DNA of 61,265 nucleotides from a virus: IMG/VR virus record IMGVR_UViG_3300037420_000518, positions 1 to 61,265 of that record; one strand, 5' to 3'. Shown piece by piece: positions 47,423 to 54,903 of this stretch (position 1 is its first letter; each line of letters starts with the position of its first letter). The notes under the pieces were generated by a model. It saw only the letters and a program-made list of their open reading frames with translations, ran no database searches and was not told where the DNA came from. The position numbers and the translations under genes were made by a program.

Positions 47423-50400
47423 TGGCGTTTACTCCTCCTGAAACAGATACGATGGTAACAGAACCAGGAAATTCCACTCGAAAAGGTAAGTGGAGTCCAC
47501 CCCATCAAGATGTGGAGGGACGCATTAACGATTTTGTGGAAGACGAGTCTTTCGACCCTGTAGAGCACTACCGAAAGGGCGGCGATCTTCAAACAGCAGT
47601 TCAAGTTCTAAAGCGTCGCCAAGATCAACCTACGAACTTTGGGAAAGCGGCGATTGATTTCACTAAAGGAGCCGTAAAATCTGCTCCCCGTGCCGTTTTT
47701 GATTTCGCACGTGGTGTTGCCAACCTTGGCGGTAACGCCATTGACGCCATTGCTGGAGATTCGGCGGAACAGCAGCGAGCGGCACGCGAATCATTGGCGG
47801 CTGTTGAGCTTGGCGCAAAGCAGGGCTTTGTTGATCGTGCTGTAGGAATAGGGCGCAACGTTCGTAAGCTGTTTGGTCGAAAGCTTTCAGACCAAGAGTT
47901 AGAGGACCAAATCCTCTGGGACGCTGCATCTCGGCATGTAAACGATGAGATTTCCAAGGGTCACTTAGGAACCGCTAATAACGTTGGAATGTCTCCCGAG
48001 GAGTTGGCCAAAGCGGGCAAACCCATAGATCCCGAACGCGTCAATCGAATGTCATTTGTTGGAGACCCAATGACATACTTGATTGAGCCTGCCGCTAAAG
48101 CGATTGGGCCAACGCTAGGAAAAGCTGTTACGGCTCCATTACTTGGAACTGCTGGGAAAGTGGTGGGTGGAGTTGGCAGAATTGCTGAAACAGCTTCATC
48201 CATTCCATCGAGTCTCGTAAAAGGCGTTTTTGTTCACAACCCCATCGCTGCTATCCCTGGAGTATCGGCTAATCTGGCATCAAAACACCTTCTTTCAGGT
48301 GTTGCATCCGCACTTACTGAGGCGGGAGCAGAAGCCGCTGGTGCAGCCGCTCCATTAGGTCAGTCTTTAGCTCGTAAGGCGTTCAAGTCTGGTGCTCAAG
48401 GCGCGGTCACGGGCGCGGCCTTGTCGCTGCCCTACATGGCTAGTGCTCAGTCTACAGAAGAAGCTGGAGCTGCACTTGGTGGAGGCATAGGGCTTGGTGG
48501 GGTTCTGGGAGGATTACAGGGTGTGAAGAATGCACGGCGCATTGAAGTGGGGGCTAAGGCGGGGCAACTCGCTAACGAAGGCGCTCAGATCCGCTATGGT
48601 ACAGGGTTTGATGAGGCGCATGAAGCGGCGATGAAGACCGTAGACCCCGCGACTCGGAAGATCATCAACATGTATCGGGCTCGGTTCAACGGAATGACCG
48701 ATAAGAACGGGGTTGCGATCCAAATTTATCTCCAGACCGGTCCAGAATTCGCCAAAAACGGCGGCGCAGACTCACGCGGCTTTATCACCCCGGACGGAAC
48801 ACAGATTTTCCTCAATGCGGACGCCGCGAATACTCCTGATAGAGCTGGTGAAACGCTCGGCCATGAGGCCGGGGGGCATTTGACGGAGTATTTGGCGGAA
48901 CTATCTCAGCAACACGACCTTGCTACACTTCGAGACACGCTGAAGGATTCGCTTTACACGAACGGGAAGCCCACTCCACGGTTTCAGGCGTTCATTGATT
49001 CGTACAAACAGGATGCAATCAAGAGCGGTATCACTCCTGAAGAGATTGAAGCGAAAGAAAAGCTTGATCCTCGCTATTTCGAGAAGGAATTCTTCGCCCA
49101 ACATGCGGCAAAAATCCTGAGCGGTGAAGACATCGCCAATTTTCACCTTCCGAAGCCAATTTCAGAGCGTTTGATACGCGGCGCAAGCGATTGGTTGCGT
49201 TCTCAGGGGATTTTTAAGAAAGAAGGCGGTGATATTGGGTGGAATGGGCGGGAAATCAAGCAGATCACCGGTCAACTTCGTGATTTGCTATATAAACAGG
49301 GCGAACAGAGCGAGGCTTTACGTAGTGCGCGCTTAAAAGGCGAACCGGCTCCTGACGTTCAAGGAAAACGCACTCGGTTTCCTGAAAATCCGACTCTTGT
49401 AGAGCAACCAACTCAACCCACAGCCACACCAGTCAACCAAGATCAGTTAGATGCAGCCCAGAACGGAAGATTTCCGAGTAATCCGACGCTTTCAACGCCT
49501 ATTACTCCCGCGCCTGGTTTTCCGGCTAATCCCGCCGATGTTGACGCCGCTTCACAAGGCCGTTTCCCGTCCACATTCAAGGTTGCAGAACAAAACGTAC
49601 CACCCGCTGATATTCCAAAGACTTTCGGAGTAGATCAACCGCCTGGCGCAGGCGTTCCGGCAAAAGAAGACTTGGCAATCCGCATGGCTAAGAGTGACGC
49701 CATGGCCGCACTGAAGTCTACTTCGCTACGTGGAGTGGTTCCACCGGATCAGCATCAAGCTAGGTTGGATGCGGCTGTAAAGGCTGCTCAAGATGCGGGT
49801 ATCCCTATCACGGCGGACACGCTGCTTACCTACGCCACAACCGGAAAACTTCCGGAGCCTATGGCATCACGTCAATCAGAGCAAACGCCAAAGTCGCAAC
49901 CTTCTACCACCGAAACGGCTTCATTCGAGCAGTCTAATCCCGCAACCTTCTCAAATCAGGTTAAAAATCTTTGGAATACCTCCAAATCTGGTTGGTTTGG
50001 TAAACAGTTTGGAACAGGCAAACTCCTAATAAACCACGCCTATGAGCAGTGGAAAAAGGATTCTGGCTCAAATGCTTCACTAGATGAGTTCAAGCAACAA
50101 CTACTGCAAGGGGCGCGTGACGGAAAGATTGAGCTTTCACGCGCTGATTTTGCAACCGGTGTTGACGTCAACGATTTACGTAACTCGACGATAAAACACT
50201 TCGGAGAGGATTATCAGTATATCAATCTAAAGGAACCAAAACCGGAGAAAACCAATGCGCCACAAGCGAAAGAAGAAACTCGGGAAGCCAAGCATCCGAC
50301 CACGGGGCCGAAAACAACTCCCGTCGCTCCTTCGTCAGAAGGATTAAACATCCGCGTAACGCCGCAGGACTTAGCTCCATTCGGTCCTGAAGAAACACGT

Positions 50401-52542
50401 CCCGCTCTTCAGGATAGGGTTGACCGTTCCTTTGATCCAAAAACAAAAACTGTTGGACCCAAAATAATGGGCGGGGTGCGCGGCACCCGAATTAACCGCA
50501 ACAATCCATCCGATGCCGACCACCTAGCAAGGGCTCTGGAGAACACCCCAGACCCCGAAAAGGCCGACTCTATTGTTAAACAGGTTGAAGACGCGATAGC
50601 CAATAACAAGACCGTAGACATCACGTACAACAGCGCAAAGAGTGAGTCCAAGGAAACACCAACCAACGTTGAGCGTACAAAGGAGCAATCACTTGCGGAT
50701 GTTGGGTTGCTTGATCGTAAAGGTGTACAGAAAGACTTCGCGCCTCAGTACATTGAAATATACGACACCGATATCCCGCATTATGACGAAGCTTCTGTTG
50801 AGCAGGCAAAACAGAGGATAGACGACATATTCTCAGATCCTAAGAAGCGCCGCTGGAACGGCTACACAAACGCTGAGAAGGCCAAACAAGATGTGGAGGA
50901 GTTCGCCAAGCAAAATCGAGAAGGCGGGAAGGCTGAAGGATTCAGCAAGCTGCAAGCGTCTGGATTAACAGAGGTTCTGAAATCTCCAGAGACGCACCTC
51001 TATTTGCGTGGCGATTCCCCCGATAAGACGATAGCCAACGCCAAAAACTTGGTTGCAGCACTGGAGCCACACACGGGCGACAAGGCTATTTCCAACGCCG
51101 TGAACTACCTCAAGGGTAATTTATGGCAGGGTGACCTAATCAAAAGGCGCGAGAACATGGCGAACGGATACCGAGCAGACGGGAAACCATTCATGCTCGG
51201 TGAGGGTGATCCTCAAACAAGCAACCCAGACTTCAAACCGCATCGCCTACCAGATTTCAAGGTTCAGGTTCTAAACCTTTTAGAAGGGGGGCCAACCAAC
51301 ACGTATTTTGAGGAGGCTCAAGCGAATTTACCAAGCGTTGAAGGTGATGCAGAATCTCCTCGTCCTTCGCCGGAGGCATTGCCGGACACGGGATCAAATC
51401 CGTTGGTTAACAAACTCAAGGCTTTGGGTAAAGAGCTTACACTAAAGAAGGAAGGCGGCGAAGAAGTCTCGGGATTAAACAACATCCTGGCGCAGTCCAT
51501 AGAGTCGATTCGACTCGACCGAATCAAAGACCTAAAGGGCAACGCGCCTCTGGAAATAAAACCCAGCGATTACAAGCAACGAGCGGCGGGGTTCATGCCG
51601 GATACCTCCATGAAATCCGACATGCAGCAGCAATCGGAATGGATGGAGCGTGAGGCGCGTGCACGTGGATATGATGGACTTTCGCACCTATTGGATGAAA
51701 AGCCCGAAGAAATGCGCAAAATGGCCGCACAATGGCGCGTTTACCACGCCCGAGATAAGAAGGGAACGTTCTTGCAAGACAAGGCTGTTTCTGCCATAAA
51801 TAAGGCACTCTATGGACGCCAAGCAGCAGACCAAGACAACCCCGACACTCAAGCTAGCCGAGGGAATGCCGGGGAGAGTTCTGCGCTTGGAGATGCGGCC
51901 GCGTTCACGGAAGGAAATGCTGGATCAGGTGAAGAGGCTGGAAGAGGCCAGCCAGAAGCGCAAAGAGATGCTCTAATATCGTGGGCTAGAGATAACGGGG
52001 TTTTGTTGGATAAATGGCCTCGTAGACTCAATACCTCCCGAAGCGTCGGAGGCAATGAGCACGAAGTATGGCCCGATTCTGGACGTTGGATAAAGTCCAC
52101 AAAAGGAACCGGGCGCACAATGGGGTATGTTCCAGAGGCAACCGATTCTGGGTGGTCTTTGCGACCGGCCACGCCATCGGAATATCTCGCTCAGAAACAG
52201 GCTTGGAATAACCTGTTTGGTGACGACATACGGCTACATGCTGTTGTTCAGGACAAGCATGGAAATGTAAACGTGCTTACTTCTCAACCCGACATAACGG
52301 GCGAGTCTGTTTCTCAACAAGACATCGCCGACGCCATGAATAAAGCGGGATTCAAGGAGTTGGGAAACGATGCTTTTTACAGAGAGGATGATAACGTTTT
52401 GGTGTTCGACCTCCACGATAAGAACGCCGTAAAAGTGGGGGGCGTTTTGATCCCATTCGACGGTGGTGTAATTCATCCAGAGTACAGCCTCATTGAGGCA
52501 ATGAGAAATGCTAGCTCAAAAGGAGTAATGGTATCACGATGA
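47422..52542 (+). CDS. Giant virion 'polyvalent' protein (1706 aa) with an HExxH zincin-like motif and a C-terminal kinase-like (Kinase-PolyVal-type) domain
   Basis: 'LGHEAGGHL' at 48862-48879. C-terminal 'GGNEHEVW...WIKSTKG...EYLAQKQAWNNLFGDDIRLHAV...VFDLHDKNAV'. Gly/Ala-rich N-terminal segments. Confidence 0.6.
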   Translation: MAFTPPETDTMVTEPGNSTRKGKWSPPHQDVEGRINDFVEDESFDPVEHYRKGGDLQTAVQVLKRRQDQPTNFGKAAIDFTKGAVKSAPRAVFDFARGVANLGGNAIDAIAGDSAEQQRAARESLAAVELGAKQGFVDRAVGIGRNVRKLFGRKLSDQELEDQILWDAASRHVNDEISKGHLGTANNVGMSPEELAKAGKPIDPERVNRMSFVGDPMTYLIEPAAKAIGPTLGKAVTAPLLGTAGKVVGGVGRIAETASSIPSSLVKGVFVHNPIAAIPGVSANLASKHLLSGVASALTEAGAEAAGAAAPLGQSLARKAFKSGAQGAVTGAALSLPYMASAQSTEEAGAALGGGIGLGGVLGGLQGVKNARRIEVGAKAGQLANEGAQIRYGTGFDEAHEAAMKTVDPATRKIINMYRARFNGMTDKNGVAIQIYLQTGPEFAKNGGADSRGFITPDGTQIFLNADAANTPDRAGETLGHEAGGHLTEYLAELSQQHDLATLRDTLKDSLYTNGKPTPRFQAFIDSYKQDAIKSGITPEEIEAKEKLDPRYFEKEFFAQHAAKILSGEDIANFHLPKPISERLIRGASDWLRSQGIFKKEGGDIGWNGREIKQITGQLRDLLYKQGEQSEALRSARLKGEPAPDVQGKRTRFPENPTLVEQPTQPTATPVNQDQLDAAQNGRFPSNPTLSTPITPAPGFPANPADVDAASQGRFPSTFKVAEQNVPPADIPKTFGVDQPPGAGVPAKEDLAIRMAKSDAMAALKSTSLRGVVPPDQHQARLDAAVKAAQDAGIPITADTLLTYATTGKLPEPMASRQSEQTPKSQPSTTETASFEQSNPATFSNQVKNLWNTSKSGWFGKQFGTGKLLINHAYEQWKKDSGSNASLDEFKQQLLQGARDGKIELSRADFATGVDVNDLRNSTIKHFGEDYQYINLKEPKPEKTNAPQAKEETREAKHPTTGPKTTPVAPSSEGLNIRVTPQDLAPFGPEETRPALQDRVDRSFDPKTKTVGPKIMGGVRGTRINRNNPSDADHLARALENTPDPEKADSIVKQVEDAIANNKTVDITYNSAKSESKETPTNVERTKEQSLADVGLLDRKGVQKDFAPQYIEIYDTDIPHYDEASVEQAKQRIDDIFSDPKKRRWNGYTNAEKAKQDVEEFAKQNREGGKAEGFSKLQASGLTEVLKSPETHLYLRGDSPDKTIANAKNLVAALEPHTGDKAISNAVNYLKGNLWQGDLIKRRENMANGYRADGKPFMLGEGDPQTSNPDFKPHRLPDFKVQVLNLLEGGPTNTYFEEAQANLPSVEGDAESPRPSPEALPDTGSNPLVNKLKALGKELTLKKEGGEEVSGLNNILAQSIESIRLDRIKDLKGNAPLEIKPSDYKQRAAGFMPDTSMKSDMQQQSEWMEREARARGYDGLSHLLDEKPEEMRKMAAQWRVYHARDKKGTFLQDKAVSAINKALYGRQAADQDNPDTQASRGNAGESSALGDAAAFTEGNAGSGEEAGRGQPEAQRDALISWARDNGVLLDKWPRRLNTSRSVGGNEHEVWPDSGRWIKSTKGTGRTMGYVPEATDSGWSLRPATPSEYLAQKQAWNNLFGDDIRLHAVVQDKHGNVNVLTSQPDITGESVSQQDIADAMNKAGFKELGNDAFYREDDNVLVFDLHDKNAVKVGGVLIPFDGGVIHPEYSLIEAMRNASSKGVMVSR

Positions 52543-53867
52543 ACCTGAAAAATAAAACCGTCCTCCTATACGACACGGGGAACTTCATCTCATGGGCCGA
52601 GAAACTGAAGGAGTATTTTGGTCGAGTGCTTTTATTTGTCCCTAGCGACCGTGCTTTTCCGGTCAGCAACGAGGCCCGAATTGGAGACGGAATAGAAGGG
52701 GTGGAGCGGGTATGCTCTCTGACCGGGGAGCGGGTTGGCGTAGGGTTCTGGGACGTGATAGACGAGGTGGACTTATTTGTCTTCTTAGACGTGGGTTTTG
52801 GCGATATTCAAGCGCATCTCCGGGGGATTGGTAAGCGAGTGTGGGGAAGCGGTCATGGGGACGACTTAGAACTTTTCCGGTGGCCCACAAAGTGCCTTCT
52901 GAACAAGCTTGGCCTGCCCGTTCAGCCGTGCAGGAAGATTGTAGGCATTGACGATCTGAGGGCATATCTCAAGAAGAACAAGGATAAGTGGATAAAACTC
53001 AGCGGCACACGCGGCGATCAGGAAAGCTTTCATCACGAAGAAATGGACCTTACAGAGCCAATCTTGCGCCAGATGGAGTACAAGCTTGGCGATGTCATGA
53101 AGGTGATGGAGTTTGTCGTTGAAGATCCCATTACGCCAGCCGTTGAGATTGGATATGACGGACTAACGATAGACGGGGAATTCCCAGATAAGGCTATCTG
53201 TGGGATTGAAGTGAAGGATGAGGGGTACATAGGCGCTGTGATGAACTACAGCGATTTCCCGAAGCAGGTTCACGCTGTAAACGACAAACTCTCATCCGTT
53301 TTCAAGGGGTACAAGTACCGTAACTTCTTCTCAACAGAAATACGTGTTCCGAAATCGTTGGAGCCTTACCTAATTGATTTAACCTGTCGTTCTGGTAGCC
53401 CTCCGAGTGAGGTTATGCAGGAAATGGTATCGAACTGGGGCGATATTTTTTGGTACGGCGCAGACGGTATTCTGGTTCAACCCGAGTACAAGGCTAAATT
53501 TGGAGCCCAAGCTATAATTTACAGCCAATGGGCCGAAACGAACGTTCAGGCGATTCACTTTCCTGATTCTATAAAGGACTATGTTAAGCTGAAGAACTAT
53601 TGTGTGATTGAAGGACGTACATCTATCCTTCCGCAATCAGTTGGGCTCTGCGAGATTGGTAGCGTGGTCGCGATCGGGTCGACAATTGTTGATGCGGTTA
53701 AGGCTTGCAACGAAAAGGCGGATCAGGTGAAGGGATACGGACTAAAAATAAAACTCGACTCGCTCCCTAAGGCTATCGAAGAATTCGACAAGGCCAAAGA
53801 CATGGGTGTCGAGTTCAAGAACCTGAAACTTCCGACCTCAGACGAAATCAACTCTGCTCTATCCTAG
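52539..53867 (+). CDS. ATP-grasp-fold enzyme-like protein (442 aa)
   Basis: 'KWIKLSGTRGDQES', 'VMEFVVEDPI..AVEIGYDG' and 'PYLIDLTCRSGSPPSE' parallel the PurD-type 'KxxGxxGxG', 'EEfl.G.E' and 'EfNxRxGDPE' blocks. Confidence 0.45.
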   Translation: MNLKNKTVLLYDTGNFISWAEKLKEYFGRVLLFVPSDRAFPVSNEARIGDGIEGVERVCSLTGERVGVGFWDVIDEVDLFVFLDVGFGDIQAHLRGIGKRVWGSGHGDDLELFRWPTKCLLNKLGLPVQPCRKIVGIDDLRAYLKKNKDKWIKLSGTRGDQESFHHEEMDLTEPILRQMEYKLGDVMKVMEFVVEDPITPAVEIGYDGLTIDGEFPDKAICGIEVKDEGYIGAVMNYSDFPKQVHAVNDKLSSVFKGYKYRNFFSTEIRVPKSLEPYLIDLTCRSGSPPSEVMQEMVSNWGDIFWYGADGILVQPEYKAKFGAQAIIYSQWAETNVQAIHFPDSIKDYVKLKNYCVIEGRTSILPQSVGLCEIGSVVAIGSTIVDAVKACNEKADQVKGYGLKIKLDSLPKAIEEFDKAKDMGVEFKNLKLPTSDEINSALS

Positions 53868-53870
53868 TTT

Positions 53871-54134
53871 ATGCCAGACGCTAAAGACCTCACACCACAC
53901 GATCAAGTTTGCATCTCCCTGAAGGTCCCCCAATCGGACAAGCCATGGCTGAACGAGCTTATCATGGAATCCCGCGACCGTGACATGCTGCAAGCGGCAT
54001 TCGTATCAATGTCAGCAAAGATAAAAACTCCAGACGGAAGCCCAATCAACACGGATACGCATATTCACGAGAAGATGCAGAAAGCGGCGATTGCATTCGC
54101 TTACGATCTAATAGACCGGTCTAAAAACAGATAA
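53871..54134 (+). CDS. Hypothetical protein (87 aa)
   Basis: Co-oriented ORF whose ATG lies 3 nt after the upstream stop. Confidence 0.55.
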   Translation: MPDAKDLTPHDQVCISLKVPQSDKPWLNELIMESRDRDMLQAAFVSMSAKIKTPDGSPINTDTHIHEKMQKAAIAFAYDLIDRSKNR

Positions 54135-54135
54135 T

Positions 54136-54174
54136 CGGTCCCGGTTATCAATCCTGAAATTGTCCAAACGGACA
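54136..54174 (+). promoter_or_regulatory. Conserved upstream motif, copy 2: CGGTCCCGGTTATCAATC ... TTGTCCAAACGGACA
   Basis: 17/18 identity with 36628-36645, plus the same TTGTCCA-N3-GGACA hairpin. It lies 22 bp upstream of the fibre-repeat gene. Confidence 0.55.
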
Positions 54175-54195
54175 ATTCATGAGTATGCCTAGGGC

Positions 54196-54882
54196 GTGAA
54201 AACTCTATTTTCGGCCCTAGCGGCAATTCTCGTTATAGCGGCTTCTGCTTTTGGGGCCGGAACCGGTGCTCCGTACATCTACACATCAGGCACCAATCCT
54301 CTTAATCTCAGTACGTCCATTTTCGATGCTCCGAAGGGAGCGTTTGTTTATGACACTAACGGTGCTCAGTGGTATCTCAAAACCACAGCACGTGGTGACA
54401 ACAGTGGTTTTCAGGTTCTTGCAAGCGGCACTGTGACAATCGCAGTTTCGTCTACGCTTACCACTCCTACACTGATAAATCCTACGGTGTCGGGAACCAT
54501 TGCAGGCAACGTCGTTCGAACCGGTACTCTTACAAACGGGACGCTTGCTACACCTACAATTATCGCACCAACTCTAAGCGGCACTGCATCGGGGGCTCTA
54601 ACAAGTGGAACTTTGAGTGCAACCACAATTGATTCTCCGGCCCTTACTGGAACGGCCACAGGAGTACTTACAAGCGGGACTTTCTCGGCTCCAACCATTG
54701 TATCCCCAACTGTGTCGGGAACTGTAGGTGGGAGCTACACCAGAACCGGTGTAATCACTGGTGGCACCGCTTCCGGCCTTGTCATTGGTGGAACTACAGG
54801 GGTGGTAGCTGGAACTATCGGAGTTTCAGGCACCAGCCTGTTTTTCTACAACGGAACAGCTTGGAAACAGCTAGATAACTAA
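54196..54882 (+). CDS. Fibre-repeat protein (228 aa) with an N-terminal signal-peptide-like segment
   Basis: GTG start. 'MKTLFSALAAILVIAASAFGAG' is followed by about six imperfect 'PT(I/L)xxPT(L/V)SGT' repeats. Confidence 0.55.
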   Translation: MKTLFSALAAILVIAASAFGAGTGAPYIYTSGTNPLNLSTSIFDAPKGAFVYDTNGAQWYLKTTARGDNSGFQVLASGTVTIAVSSTLTTPTLINPTVSGTIAGNVVRTGTLTNGTLATPTIIAPTLSGTASGALTSGTLSATTIDSPALTGTATGVLTSGTFSAPTIVSPTVSGTVGGSYTRTGVITGGTASGLVIGGTTGVVAGTIGVSGTSLFFYNGTAWKQLDN

Positions 54883-54903
54883 GACACCGTATCCTGTTTT
54901 CCT

